This document shows, piece after piece, positions 29,396-40,415 of a DNA stretch of 64,000 nucleotides. Within the stretch, counting starts at the first letter, position 1; each line of letters begins with the position of its first letter. The notes below the pieces were generated by a model that was not told the DNA's origin, made no database searches, and saw nothing but the letters and a program-made list of their open reading frames with translations. The position numbers and the translations under genes were made by a program. The stretch is from Terriglobia bacterium. GTDB lineage: Bacteria; Acidobacteriota; Terriglobia; 20CM-2-55-15. Location: positions 192,001-256,000 of the forward strand of contig CBDCLE010000003.1 of assembly GCA_965218585.1 (NCBI GenBank). Direction: 5' to 3'.

Positions 29396-30930
29396 GCACA
29401 CTTAGACTCAAGCTGACGCCGGGCGAGTTAACCCTCGCCGACTTGCGTCGGATTTTCTACCAGCCCGTTCTCCTGACTGTCGATGAGGGTGCATGGTCCG
29501 GTGTTCTGCGTGCCCGCCAGACGGTTGAAACCGTCATTGACAGCGACAGTGTCGCCTACGGCGTCAACACGGGTTTTGGACGGTTGGCTCAGACACGGAT
29601 AGACGCCCATCAATTGGCGGGCCTACAAGAGAACCTGCTTCTCTCACATGCGACTGGCGTCGGCCCACTGCTCGATGATGACACCGTACGTCTCGTCCTG
29701 GTGATGAAGATCAACGCCCTGATGCGCGGTTATTCAGGCGTGCGACGCGAGGTCATCGAGTTTCTGATAGATCTACTCAACAGAGGCCTGTATCCAGCTA
29801 TTCCTTCTAAAGGGTCCGTCGGCGCATCGGGGGATCTGGCGCCGCTGGCGCACTTGAGTCTGCCGCTGATCGGCAAGGGTGAGATCCGCGTCGGCGGTGA
29901 GTTGGGGGACAGCGCCGCAGCGCTTCGCGACGCCGAACTCGAACCTCTCGGCTTGAAAGCAAAGGACGGATTGGCGCTCCTGAACGGAACACAAGTGTCC
30001 ACGGCTTTGGCACTGAAAGGTTTGTTCGATGCCGAACGTAATGCCAACGCTGCGTTCATCGCCGGTAGCATGACGGTCGAGGCAGCTCTGGGCAGTCGCG
30101 TACCTTTTGAGAAGAACGTCCAGCGAGTGCGCGGCCAGCCCGGGCAGATCGAAGCGGCACGCATCTACCGCACTATCCTGACCGACAGCGAGATCAATCA
30201 ATCTCATATCGATTGCGATCGAGTGCAGGATCCCTATTCCATTCGCTGTCAACCCCAGGTGATGGGGGCTTGCCTGGACCAGATGCGTTTCGCGGCGTCG
30301 CGTCTGGAAATCGAGGCCAATGCTGTTTCAGACAACCCGCTGGTATTTTCCGATGACGGTCAGATCGTGTCTGGTGGAAATTTTCATGCCGAGCCGGTAG
30401 CCATGGCGGCCGACAGTCTTGCCGTTGCGATTGCGGAAATCGGTGCTCTATCGGAACGCCGCGTGGCGCTCCTGATCGATTCCAGCTTGAGCCAGCTCCC
30501 ACCGTTCCTGGTGGAGAACGCAGGGCTCAACTCCGGTTTCATGATCGCTCAGGTCACTGCTGCGGCGCTCGCCAGTGAGAACAAGTCTCTCGCCCATCCG
30601 GCAAGTGTCGATAGCCTGCCGACCTCCGCTAATCAGGAAGACCATGTGAGCATGGCGACCTTCGCTGCCCGGCGCCTTGGCGACATGAACGAAAACACCC
30701 GTTACGTTGCCGCGGTGGAGTTACTGGCTGCAGCCCAGGGCATCGACCTGCGGCGGCCCTTGAAGTCCAATCAGATGGTCGAGGAAGCCCACGCCGAGAT
30801 CCGCCGCGTGGCCGCAAAATGGAAGCAGGACCGTTACTTCCAGCCGGACCTGGAGGCCGTGGCGGGCTTGATCGAGGACGGTGTGTTCGGTGATTGGGTG
30901 AACGCGTACATGGAGCGGGCCTATGAGTGA
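29392..30930 (+). CDS. hutH: Histidine ammonia-lyase
   Basis: [20 protein letters not shown] (MIO), [21 protein letters not shown]. Confidence 0.97.
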   Translation: MSTLRLKLTPGELTLADLRRIFYQPVLLTVDEGAWSGVLRARQTVETVIDSDSVAYGVNTGFGRLAQTRIDAHQLAGLQENLLLSHATGVGPLLDDDTVRLVLVMKINALMRGYSGVRREVIEFLIDLLNRGLYPAIPSKGSVGASGDLAPLAHLSLPLIGKGEIRVGGELGDSAAALRDAELEPLGLKAKDGLALLNGTQVSTALALKGLFDAERNANAAFIAGSMTVEAALGSRVPFEKNVQRVRGQPGQIEAARIYRTILTDSEINQSHIDCDRVQDPYSIRCQPQVMGACLDQMRFAASRLEIEANAVSDNPLVFSDDGQIVSGGNFHAEPVAMAADSLAVAIAEIGALSERRVALLIDSSLSQLPPFLVENAGLNSGFMIAQVTAAALASENKSLAHPASVDSLPTSANQEDHVSMATFAARRLGDMNENTRYVAAVELLAAAQGIDLRRPLKSNQMVEEAHAEIRRVAAKWKQDRYFQPDLEAVAGLIEDGVFGDWVNAYMERAYE

Positions 30931-31726
30931 AGTGTTCGAATTTCACCGTGGCACGACCCCGCTCCTGATCAGCATGCCGCACTCCGGCATCCAGGTACCT
31001 GAACCTGTTTTTCGGCGTCTGAGCGATCGGGCGAAGACGCTGGCGGATACGGACTGGCACGTTCCCCGGCTATACGAGTTTGTCCGAGACCTGGGGGCGT
31101 CTACGTTAACGGCGAACTTCAGCCGCTACGTCGTCGATCTCAACCGTCCCCCGGACAACCAAACGCTGTACCCCGGTCAAGCGAATACGGCTCTCTGTCC
31201 TGTGACCTCGTTCGACGGCACGCCGCTGTATGTTGAAGGACAAGAACTGAGGGAAAACGAGACCCAGGAGCGCCGGGATCGCTACTGGCAACCCTACCAC
31301 CACAAGCTTGCCGAAGAGCTCGCCCAGATCAAGAAGACCCACGGCTGTGTGCTACTCTATGACGCTCATTCGATTACATCCAGAGTGCCGCGTCTGTTCG
31401 AAGGGCGCCTCCCCGATTTGAACCTGGGTACGGCGCGGGGCACGAGCTGTGCGCCCGCCATTGAGGCCGCAATCGCAGAGGTCATGGCCGCCTCTGATTT
31501 CTCATCGGTCGTGAACGGCCGCTTCGTGGGTGGCTATATTACGCGCCACTACGGCAGACCGGATGAAGACGTTCACGCCGTGCAGATGGAGATCGCCCAG
31601 TGCGGCTACATGGAAGAGATCGGAGGGGCTCCGTTTAACGAGGCCAAGGCAGACAAGCTCAGACCGGTCCTGGGCCAGGTGCTCACGCGCCTTGTTGAAA
31701 GCTCCCGCGAGGGAATGAGGGTATGA
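30923..31726 (+). CDS. hutG: N-formylglutamate deformylase
   Basis: [46 protein letters not shown]. Confidence 0.95.
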   Translation: MSEVFEFHRGTTPLLISMPHSGIQVPEPVFRRLSDRAKTLADTDWHVPRLYEFVRDLGASTLTANFSRYVVDLNRPPDNQTLYPGQANTALCPVTSFDGTPLYVEGQELRENETQERRDRYWQPYHHKLAEELAQIKKTHGCVLLYDAHSITSRVPRLFEGRLPDLNLGTARGTSCAPAIEAAIAEVMAASDFSSVVNGRFVGGYITRHYGRPDEDVHAVQMEIAQCGYMEEIGGAPFNEAKADKLRPVLGQVLTRLVESSREGMRV

Positions 31727-34422
31727 ATATGTTTCGCCGAAATCTGATCCTGCCGGTATTGTTGCTGCCCTTGTTGATAGTAACCAGCGCCCTGGGCCAG
31801 TCGACAGTGCCGACACCGGAGTCTTCGCTCACATTTTCCGTCGGCGCCGATTTCAAATTGGCCACTTACGAGGAATCACTGGATTACTTTCGTGCTCTGG
31901 ACGCCGCCTCCGACTACCTCCAGCTCATTGAGATCGGAAAGACGTCCGAGGGCCGCCCATGGTACATGGCGCTGGTCTCCACACCAGAGAACCTGCGGCA
32001 GGTGGAACGCCATCGCGAAACTGCGCAGCGACTGGCCCACCCCGAGGGACTCGATGATGCCGAAGCCCGGCAATTGGCGCAAACCGGAGTCGCCTTTGTC
32101 CACATCGACGGCGGTTTGCATGCCTCCGAAGTGGCCGGGGCCCAGCACACGATACAGCTGGCCTACGACCTGGTGGGTCACACCAACGACCCACAGATCC
32201 GGGAGATCCTCGACAATACCGTCGTCCTCCTGTGGCCGTCGCTGAATCCGGACGGCCAGGACATCGTGGTCGACTGGTATCGGGAGAACGTGGGAACGCC
32301 CTACGAAGTCGCTCCGCTCAACCAGCTGTATCAACCTTTCGTGGGACACGACAACAACCGCGACGCCTATATGCTCAACATGCTCGAGTCGCGGGTTGTG
32401 ACGCGGACGTGGCGGCATTGGGAGCCGCAGATCATCTACGTGCATCACCAGACGGCGCCCTTCCCCACGCGGATCTGGCTGCCGCCATTTGCGGAGCCCA
32501 TCGGCGTACAGGCGCCACCGCTGATGTCCCGGACCGTCAACATGATCGGGATGGCGATCGCGCACGGCCTCGAGTCCAACGGACAAATCGGCGCGACCCA
32601 TATGGGGACGGGATATGACGCCTGGTATCCCGGCTACATCGACTACATGCCGATGTTCCAGAACATCGCTTCGTTCTGGACCGAGACGGCCCTGTACCGC
32701 TACGCGACTCCCCATTTCTACACCATTAATGATTTTCCCGAGGATCAGCGAGACCTGCGTCCAAAGTCTCTGTATTCGAGTCCGTGGCCCGGTGGCTGGT
32801 GGCGCCTGCGGGACGCGGTGGACTACATGCGCACCGCCTCGTTATCGGTGCTTACCTACGCGGCCAAATACAAAGAGACATTGCTCTACAACCGCTATCA
32901 GTCGGGTAGGGATGTTATCCGGAAATACCGCTCCGGACCGCCTTATGCTTACTTCGTTCCGCAGGAACAGCACGACCCGGTAGCTCCAGCCGAGCTTCTG
33001 AAACGACTGGCCTTCAATGGCATCCGCATTCTTCAGCTTAGCGAAGAGGTAAGCCACGAAGGACTCGCCTACCCCGCAGGCACCTGGGTGGTTCCCATGG
33101 ATCAGGAATTCGGAGAACTGGTGCGGGAGCTGTTGGATGAGCAGGAGTATCCCGATCTGCGGGAGTTTCCCGACGGTCCCCTCGAACAACCCTACGACGC
33201 GGCCGGTTGGTCTCTGCCTCACCAGATGGGAGTGAGGGTCATAGCCGCTACACAACCGTTAGAGGAGAACGTCCGGAATGCCATGACCCCGGTCCGTGGC
33301 GAAGCTGATGCCTGGTCTTCCGGCGATGAAGAGCCGCCAGGGTACGACACCCATGCCGTTGCCGCGGGCATTGCTCCGCTGCCGGGACAAACAGCTGGGG
33401 ACGGAGACCGGTTGGTGGTGGACCCGCGGCAGAATAATGCATTCGTAGCCGTCGGACGCGCGCTCCAGACAGGCGGTGAGGTTCGTTTCCAGGACTCAGG
33501 GGAAGGGGGGCGTTACGTCATCTCTGGCGTGAATTCGGCCGACCAACAGGCCTGGGTCGAGGAACTTTCGCTTCAAGCCACTTGGACGGGAGATGGATCC
33601 GGCGCTCGAACACGCGCACGAATCGGACTCTACCGGCCGTGGCAGGCCAGTATGGACGAGGGATGGACCAGATGGCTCCTTGAAGGATACGAGCTCCCGT
33701 ACTCCAATCTCAGGAACGCCGAGGTGCGAGCAGGCCGACTGCGTGATCGCTATGACGTCATCATTCTCGCGGCCGACGGGCCGGGAACGATTCTGGATGG
33801 TTTTGCCCGAGGCACGGTGCCCGAACAGTTTGAGGGCGGACTCGGCACAGCAGGTGTGCGCGCACTCGATGATTTCGTGCGCGCCGGCGGCACCGTCGTT
33901 TGTTTCAATCAGAGCAGCGACTTCGCAATCCAGCAATTCAATCTACCCGTTCGGAACGTCGTGGCAGACCTCGAGCGAGGAGATTTCTTCGTCAGTGGAT
34001 CGATACTCCAGGTGGCGGTGGATCGCAGCCATCCGATCATGGCCGGGATGCCGGAGCAGGCCGACGTGTTTGTCGATCGCAGTCCGGTCTTCAGCACCGA
34101 GGACGATTTCCAGGGCTCGGCGCTGGCCAAGTATGCCGAGCAGGGGTCGCCTCTGGTATCGGGTTATCTCCTCGGCGAGGAACACCTACAAGGATACGCT
34201 GCGGCACTGGATGTGCATCATGGTGACGGCCACGTCATCCTGATCGGGTTCCGTCCGCAATGGCGCGGACAGCCCTTCGGTACATTCCGCACGGTCTTTA
34301 ACGCCGCGCTGTACGGTGGAGAGTTGTCGGGGAGCGTAACGGGAAATCCGGACTTCTGGACCGCACCGGAGGAAGGATCGGACGAGGCAGCGGATTCCGG
34401 AAATGCGACAGAGCAGCGATGA
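31723..34422 (+). CDS. Secreted M14-family zinc carboxypeptidase with C-terminal extension
   Basis: Signal peptide; GLHASE (HxxE), NPDG, DNNRD, VHHQ; ATGA overlap with the hutG stop. Confidence 0.88.
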   Translation: MNMFRRNLILPVLLLPLLIVTSALGQSTVPTPESSLTFSVGADFKLATYEESLDYFRALDAASDYLQLIEIGKTSEGRPWYMALVSTPENLRQVERHRETAQRLAHPEGLDDAEARQLAQTGVAFVHIDGGLHASEVAGAQHTIQLAYDLVGHTNDPQIREILDNTVVLLWPSLNPDGQDIVVDWYRENVGTPYEVAPLNQLYQPFVGHDNNRDAYMLNMLESRVVTRTWRHWEPQIIYVHHQTAPFPTRIWLPPFAEPIGVQAPPLMSRTVNMIGMAIAHGLESNGQIGATHMGTGYDAWYPGYIDYMPMFQNIASFWTETALYRYATPHFYTINDFPEDQRDLRPKSLYSSPWPGGWWRLRDAVDYMRTASLSVLTYAAKYKETLLYNRYQSGRDVIRKYRSGPPYAYFVPQEQHDPVAPAELLKRLAFNGIRILQLSEEVSHEGLAYPAGTWVVPMDQEFGELVRELLDEQEYPDLREFPDGPLEQPYDAAGWSLPHQMGVRVIAATQPLEENVRNAMTPVRGEADAWSSGDEEPPGYDTHAVAAGIAPLPGQTAGDGDRLVVDPRQNNAFVAVGRALQTGGEVRFQDSGEGGRYVISGVNSADQQAWVEELSLQATWTGDGSGARTRARIGLYRPWQASMDEGWTRWLLEGYELPYSNLRNAEVRAGRLRDRYDVIILAADGPGTILDGFARGTVPEQFEGGLGTAGVRALDDFVRAGGTVVCFNQSSDFAIQQFNLPVRNVVADLERGDFFVSGSILQVAVDRSHPIMAGMPEQADVFVDRSPVFSTEDDFQGSALAKYAEQGSPLVSGYLLGEEHLQGYAAALDVHHGDGHVILIGFRPQWRGQPFGTFRTVFNAALYGGELSGSVTGNPDFWTAPEEGSDEAADSGNATEQR

Positions 34423-34547
34423 ACGATCGTGGAGGGCCGCGAGTACGACCGACTCGTCTTGAAGGAGCACGAGAACCGCGAAAGGTGCGGCAATAGATCA
34501 CAATCGAGCGGCACAACGCCTCGAAGGGCATTGTGCCTACCCGTGAC

Positions 34548-35030
34548 CTACCGGGGATTGATCTGTCCGTAATCCCAGTGCTCGTCGACCAGATTGTTCC
34601 GGACGCGGAACATCTCGAACCATGTCGTCGTGTAGGTCTCGCCCGGGCTCCGGGGATTGTCGAACTCACGCCGGAACGCCATGATCACCATGTCGTCTTC
34701 GGCGAAGATCGTAACCAGGTCCGGAATCGTCTCCTCGAGCTCGTTACGTGGTGCACCCGACATTATTCGCACAAATGGTTCGCGGCCGGACGCTACGCCC
34801 GGATTGTGCTGGATGTAGGCATCCGAAACGAACTCCGGAGCCCTGTCCATGTCGCGGGCGTCGAGGATGACCCGCCAGAAGTCATAGACCAGCTTCTTGT
34901 TCGCCGCCAGTTGCGGGTCGTCGCTCCCGAGCAATGCCTGTTGATTCCTGCTCACCATAACGGGCTCCTGCGCGAGGGCCGGCGTTACAATCGCTACGGC
35001 GATTAATAGAAACAGTAGCTTCTTCGTCAA
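34548..35030 (-). CDS. Secreted SnoaL-like/NTF2-family protein (copy 2)
   Basis: Close paralog of 24471..24959; probable TTG start at 35030 after AAGGA. Confidence 0.85.
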   Translation of the reverse strand: MTKKLLFLLIAVAIVTPALAQEPVMVSRNQQALLGSDDPQLAANKKLVYDFWRVILDARDMDRAPEFVSDAYIQHNPGVASGREPFVRIMSGAPRNELEETIPDLVTIFAEDDMVIMAFRREFDNPRSPGETYTTTWFEMFRVRNNLVDEHWDYGQINPR

Positions 35031-35085
35031 TGGGTCCTTCCTTTCCTCTCGTGTTTTTGTTGTCGTTTCGTGACTCTGACGCATC

Positions 35086-37884
35086 CTATCTTCCCGCAGG
35101 TTCCGCTTCGCTCTCCAGGTAGGACACACCTTCAGCAATCCACTTCACGGGTTCCTGCCCCTTCAAGTAGGACCCGAACCACTCGATAATCCTGTCATGA
35201 TAGTCGATCTGGTTCTCTTTGATGGCCAGACTGTGGTTTTCGCCCGGGTATACGAGAAGCACCAGTTGTTTGCCCAGTCGACGGGCTGCGTTGTACATCT
35301 CGATTCCCTGGTGCCAGTCGACCGATCCGTCCTTGTCACCGAACGTGATCAGCAGGGGCGTTTCGAGTCTTTCAATCGAAAATATGGGCGAGTTCCGGAC
35401 GTAGGCTTCACGGTCAGTCCAGAACGGGACTTCCATGCGCTCCTGACCGACTTCGAAGTGGCCGGTTTCCGGAATTCCCGTGTTCCAGAAAACCGACCCA
35501 TACATGCTGAAGAGGTTGGTCAGCGGCGCACCGGCGACTGCGGCCTGAAACAGATCCGTCTGTGTCGCGACGAAGGTCGTCTCGTACCCTCCCCAGGAGT
35601 GTCCCACCAACCCGAGCCGGGCCGGATCGACCATGCCGGTTTCGAGTACCTTTTCGACGGCGGACTCGATGCAATCCAGTGCCGATGCGCCAGGTTCGCG
35701 AGCCTGATACACGATGTCGGGCTGCAGGACGAAATAGCCCTCGGCGTTGAAAACGCTCGTGTTATAGGGAGCCCGCAGGGAAAGGGGCGTGTAGCGGTGC
35801 AGTAGCTGGGACCTCTTTTCATAGATCAGGACCACCATCGGGTAGGTTCTGCCCGGCTCGTAGTCTGACGGGTAGAACAGCGCGCCCTGAAGGCGGTCTC
35901 CATTGGAGTTTTCGTATTCGATCAACTCCGATCGGCCCCAGAGATGTTCCTGCTGAAAAGGGTTCGTTGACGTCACCTGTTCCGCATCTCCCAGATCTGC
36001 TCCACCCACGAAATAGTCGGGTGAGTCGTCGAAACCCTCTTCGACGTAGGCATAGGCGTCGGCGTGCTCGGCTTTGATCAACTCTGAAAGCTCTTTGTTG
36101 CGCCACACGAGCCGTTCGGCCCGAGCCGTCCCTTCCGGGTCCACTCGGGCAAAGCCAGACTGTTTTGTCCACTCCCCGTAGAGGGACAGGTACATAGGTT
36201 CCTCGGAGGAGATCGCTTCTTGATCAGGATCCAGCCGGACATAGCGGTGCCGGATCTGGTCGTCGCGTCCCCGTGTAACCCTCATGGGAGGGGAAGCGTC
36301 GGTCGGTACAGCCCACACATCGTACCTGTCGTAGAGGACAACGGCCCGATCCCCGGTTGTCCAACCCGCCATTCCGTAGGGCGGTTTCTGAGGTGCCGTG
36401 TGATCGTCCTCCTGGTTGACGAAGACGGTAGAGAGGCCCGCGGTGAGGTTCCGGTGAGTGTCGTCGGCGAGATTGTAGATCCAATAGTGATCATCCTTGA
36501 AGTAAGCCAGGTACCCGCCGTCCGGACTCGAACTCAAGGTCGAATCGGGGAATCGGGATCCACCCCACTGCTGCTCGACAATCTTCCGCCTCTCACCCGT
36601 CTGAAGATCAATCAGGTAGACATCGCGCTGCCCTCGACCGAACATGCTCTCGAAACGATAGGGTTCCAGATCGAATGCCAGTGCAAACCGGTCTCCACCG
36701 AGTGGCCAGACGTCTTCCGTGTCTTCATCTCCCAGCGGCAGGAACCCTCCGGAATCGAGATGCCACACCGACAGATAGTTCTTTTCGCGATCTTCTTTCG
36801 CGTTGAGCTTCTGTTCCGGAATGGCGTTCAAGTCTCTGGGATGCCAGACTTCGACCGTCGCACGGCGGCGATCGGCGTCATCGTCTTCTTCCGCGTCCCC
36901 ATCTGACAGCTCTTCGAGTTTCTCCCATTCTTTGATACCGAAATAGATCGCGTTGCCGTCATCCGCCCACTCCGGTTGCCGGAACTGGACGATCCGCATG
37001 TCGTCGGGGAAGCCGACTTCAGTTGTCGGGTCAAAGGTGATCGACGCGTCTTCTGAGACATCGAGGTCCTTCCACGCGAGAACGACATGGGTGTCGGTCT
37101 CGTAGTCGTCGCTTTCCAGGGATCGGAGGACCGCCAGGTCGTGGGCATCTTTTCTCCACGCAAGACCGCTGTAGGTTGCCCCTCCGGAATCCAGCACCCG
37201 CAGCCGCCCCGTCGATGGATCCAGCACCCGTATCCCATTGCCCGTGTTTCCTTTCACGGCGGTCGTCATGGCGAGCAGATCGCCCGCGTCCTGCCACGTA
37301 AATTCCGAGATATCGCCGAAGTGGAGGTCGGTCCCGTCGGCCAGATCGCGGATGATCAAGTCGGCGCCGGCTGCTCGGTCCTCTCCTTCCTCCTCCGAAG
37401 CCTCGCTATCACCACCCTGTGGATATCGGAGGATCGCAAGGTAGAGTCCGTCATCGCTGAAGAGAAACGACGATACGCCTTCGAGGGTCTCGATGTTCCC
37501 ACTACCGGTATCGAACAAACCCATGTCATAGGGTGTGGGCTGACCGTCTTCTTCGAGTCTTCGTCTTTCGTCCTCATGGATATCGATCCGATAGGCAAGG
37601 TAGCGGGAGTCATCAGAGAACAGTGCCCGAGCGCCGAAGTTGGATTCCGTGACCTCTCCTGTTGTCAGGTTGTGAATTCGTAACTCATGGTTCCCATCCC
37701 CGCGGCGGACTTCCTGTGCCAACCATTCGCCGTTGGGTGACAACACACCAGTACCTGGAGTCTCCCATTTCCCATAATCCTCAATCTGGATGGCTCGTTT
37801 CTCTTGAGCCAGGACGTGGGGGGTAGACAACAGAAACAAAATAAGCACCTGAAACCATGAGAAACGCATGAATCGATTTTGCAT
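35086..37884 (-). CDS. Secreted S9 prolyl-oligopeptidase-family serine peptidase
   Basis: Signal peptide, beta-propeller region, GHSWGG, DGSV, ENH. Confidence 0.9.
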   Translation of the reverse strand: MQNRFMRFSWFQVLILFLLSTPHVLAQEKRAIQIEDYGKWETPGTGVLSPNGEWLAQEVRRGDGNHELRIHNLTTGEVTESNFGARALFSDDSRYLAYRIDIHEDERRRLEEDGQPTPYDMGLFDTGSGNIETLEGVSSFLFSDDGLYLAILRYPQGGDSEASEEEGEDRAAGADLIIRDLADGTDLHFGDISEFTWQDAGDLLAMTTAVKGNTGNGIRVLDPSTGRLRVLDSGGATYSGLAWRKDAHDLAVLRSLESDDYETDTHVVLAWKDLDVSEDASITFDPTTEVGFPDDMRIVQFRQPEWADDGNAIYFGIKEWEKLEELSDGDAEEDDDADRRRATVEVWHPRDLNAIPEQKLNAKEDREKNYLSVWHLDSGGFLPLGDEDTEDVWPLGGDRFALAFDLEPYRFESMFGRGQRDVYLIDLQTGERRKIVEQQWGGSRFPDSTLSSSPDGGYLAYFKDDHYWIYNLADDTHRNLTAGLSTVFVNQEDDHTAPQKPPYGMAGWTTGDRAVVLYDRYDVWAVPTDASPPMRVTRGRDDQIRHRYVRLDPDQEAISSEEPMYLSLYGEWTKQSGFARVDPEGTARAERLVWRNKELSELIKAEHADAYAYVEEGFDDSPDYFVGGADLGDAEQVTSTNPFQQEHLWGRSELIEYENSNGDRLQGALFYPSDYEPGRTYPMVVLIYEKRSQLLHRYTPLSLRAPYNTSVFNAEGYFVLQPDIVYQAREPGASALDCIESAVEKVLETGMVDPARLGLVGHSWGGYETTFVATQTDLFQAAVAGAPLTNLFSMYGSVFWNTGIPETGHFEVGQERMEVPFWTDREAYVRNSPIFSIERLETPLLITFGDKDGSVDWHQGIEMYNAARRLGKQLVLLVYPGENHSLAIKENQIDYHDRIIEWFGSYLKGQEPVKWIAEGVSYLESEAEPAGR

Positions 37885-37958
37885 GACACTACCTCGGTAT
37901 GCGGAAGTCCCTCGACGAGGGTTGGCAAAGCCGGAGCCCGACTTCATTGGCCCCAACA

Positions 37959-38972
37959 TCAGTCGTTAAAGATTTCCTTCGCGATCATCGCGCGGATCCC
38001 CTTCGTCCCGTCGACCACTTGAGTCACAAACATGTCCATGGCCACGCTACACAGGAGAATCGCGGTCTCCCGGTCGATCCCCTTCGTTTCGACCAGAAAG
38101 TCAATCATTTCGTCCGCGGCGATCCCGGCAGCCTCGTCCAGATCTGCATTGAGACCCATCGTCATGTAATGAGTGGGCGTTTCGGCTCGGGGCCATTCCA
38201 TCGGCTGGTTCTTGTGCAGAAACACCTGGATCTCACCCTTGAGAGAGGCTTCCACCGCCGAACCCGCGATCTCCCCGTACCCCTGGACAGCGTGGCCATC
38301 GCCGATCGAGAGGAGCGCGCCGGAATTGTGAACCGGCAGGTACAAGGTACTTCCCGGTCCCAGGTCGCGATTGTCCATGTTGCCGCCGAAGAAGTCGGGC
38401 GGACCACTGCCGACCCGTCCCATCTCCGGTGGTGGTGCCACACCGATCACACCCCAGAATGGCTGGATAGGAACCACGACACTCGGAGCGAACTCCACCG
38501 TCCGGTTCTCCATGTCGATCCGGTGGACCATCGCGACATCCGGCTCGACCTCTCCTACGAAAAGTCGGCCGGCGATACCCTGACCGGCGATGGACAGCCT
38601 GACGTCAACCTCACGGATCCGGATCTCCAGCATGTCGCCGGGTTCGGCCCCGTTTACGAAGATCGGACCGTTCAGCGTGTGATCTCCTCGTCTGTCGGAG
38701 TCATAGTCTTCATAGAGAACATAGAGTTCGGCGGGGATCTGATCGCGTGGAACGCCCAGGCTCTCGAACCAGCGCGGATTGCCCGTCGCGGTTTCCAGTT
38801 GCACGATGTCGCCCGATTCGATCTGCAGAACCGGCTCGAGAGTAGCGTCGAAGAAAGAGATGTGCGTGGTCTCCGGCGCGGCCTTGAGCTCGTGAATCGT
38901 GCCCGATTCCTGAGCCGACACAAACGAAACACTAAACAGTACGGCCGCGGCGACCGCGCTTATTCTCATCAT
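37959..38972 (-). CDS. Acetamidase/formamidase-family protein with signal peptide
   Basis: HTLNGPIFVNGAEPGD, GGNMDN, GDGHAVQGYGE...AVE. Confidence 0.9.
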   Translation of the reverse strand: MMRISAVAAAVLFSVSFVSAQESGTIHELKAAPETTHISFFDATLEPVLQIESGDIVQLETATGNPRWFESLGVPRDQIPAELYVLYEDYDSDRRGDHTLNGPIFVNGAEPGDMLEIRIREVDVRLSIAGQGIAGRLFVGEVEPDVAMVHRIDMENRTVEFAPSVVVPIQPFWGVIGVAPPPEMGRVGSGPPDFFGGNMDNRDLGPGSTLYLPVHNSGALLSIGDGHAVQGYGEIAGSAVEASLKGEIQVFLHKNQPMEWPRAETPTHYMTMGLNADLDEAAGIAADEMIDFLVETKGIDRETAILLCSVAMDMFVTQVVDGTKGIRAMIAKEIFND

Positions 38973-39027
38973 GGCTTACTCCGCTACGCTCCAGTGTTCG
39001 AGGCGTGAGTGAATTCTGATCGAGGGA

Positions 39028-40335
39028 CTAGACGCCCACTTCTTCGATAAAGAAGGTGCGGAGATAGCCGGCCACGAGAACCTCTTCTCCATCACGCATG
39101 GAGTTGGTCTGGATTCGGTTGCCTCCAAAAATGCCCGACCAGACCACTCTGCGTTCCGATCTTCGGCCCAGTGTCTGCCGGGCTTCGGCCAAAGTGATGG
39201 GAATGACTTGCTCGTCCCACCCGATACGCACGTAGGGCACCTTCTCGCCTTCGTCAACGACCACCGCTTCGAATCCGGGTATATCCTGGAGCTGGCCCGC
39301 AACGTAATCGGCTTTCGTCTTCCAGTCGGAGCGAACGCCGGCGTGGTTCAGTCGCTCGTACCGGTTCAACGCAGCGATCAGACCGATGATCTCTTCCTTG
39401 CCAATCTTCATCCCGCGCCCGATATAGACGTTGGGTGAAGCCTGTATCCGGGCCGCTTCGATCAGGTCGGCACGTCCCGAGAGAATTCCTGTGGACTGCG
39501 GGCCCTGGACACCCTTACCGCCGCTAACGGCGACAAGGTCTGCGCCGAGTTCGTTGTACAAGCTGAGGTTTGCCGCCGGAGGCAGCAGTGAAGCGGCGTC
39601 TATCATGACCGGAATACCAGCGTTCTTGCCAATCTCAATCAGGTCCGGCATATGCACGGTATCCGGGGTGTACTCGTGCATGACTTCATGCTCCGGCAAA
39701 CCGAAGATCATCGCGGTGTTCTCGCCGATCGCATTCAACAGCTGGTCACGGTTCTCGACCTCCACCAGGGTCGCGCCCGCGGCCCGCATGCCGTGATCAT
39801 ACGCGTACCGTTGCGTCTTCTGAATGATGACCTCCCGCTTGTTCCACGTCGGGTGCGGGAGCGCCTGCATCTTCTCCGTGTCGTTCCCGGTGAGGCAGGC
39901 GGCCGTGCCCAGAAGCAGAGCCCCTGTGGCGCCCGAGGTGATCAGCGCCGCTTCCGCCCGGACGACCTCGGCGGCCCGCCGTCCTGCGGCCAGATTCAGC
40001 TCATCCATGTGCACGAAGTATCCGTTGGCTTCCTGCATCGCGGCGATGACCTCGTCCGGCATGCGACAGCCACCGGAATTCGTCCCGTAACCGTGTGCGG
40101 GCACATGGGGTTGGACGTTCAGCAATCGGGTATAGACGTTGTCCTGGAGCTTAGCCTCGATTTCCTCAGGCTCCGAACCTGCTGGCTCCCCGACCCCAGC
40201 GGCCGTCTCGGCTGTGCCCTCGGGGGCGCAGCCGCTCGCCATTCCCACCGCGCCTGCGGCAAGAGTCGTGCGGAAGAAGTCGCGTCTGTTCCACTTGAGC
40301 TGGGAGAGTCCCAACCCGTCGAGTGATTCGTTCAT
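39028..40335 (-). CDS. Tat-lipoprotein SelA-like (DgaE-related) PLP-dependent enzyme, copy 1
   Basis: NRRDFF Tat motif and ASGC lipobox; IDAAS, SGGKGVQGPQSTG (PLP lysine), GRGMKIGKEEI. Confidence 0.85.
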   Translation of the reverse strand: MNESLDGLGLSQLKWNRRDFFRTTLAAGAVGMASGCAPEGTAETAAGVGEPAGSEPEEIEAKLQDNVYTRLLNVQPHVPAHGYGTNSGGCRMPDEVIAAMQEANGYFVHMDELNLAAGRRAAEVVRAEAALITSGATGALLLGTAACLTGNDTEKMQALPHPTWNKREVIIQKTQRYAYDHGMRAAGATLVEVENRDQLLNAIGENTAMIFGLPEHEVMHEYTPDTVHMPDLIEIGKNAGIPVMIDAASLLPPAANLSLYNELGADLVAVSGGKGVQGPQSTGILSGRADLIEAARIQASPNVYIGRGMKIGKEEIIGLIAALNRYERLNHAGVRSDWKTKADYVAGQLQDIPGFEAVVVDEGEKVPYVRIGWDEQVIPITLAEARQTLGRRSERRVVWSGIFGGNRIQTNSMRDGEEVLVAGYLRTFFIEEVGV

Positions 40336-40415
40336 GGTACCTCCAGTGATCAGCCTAAGGATGCGGATGTGGCACATGTTTTAGTCGATCTGTGCGCGTG
40401 CCTATGAACTTCCGC

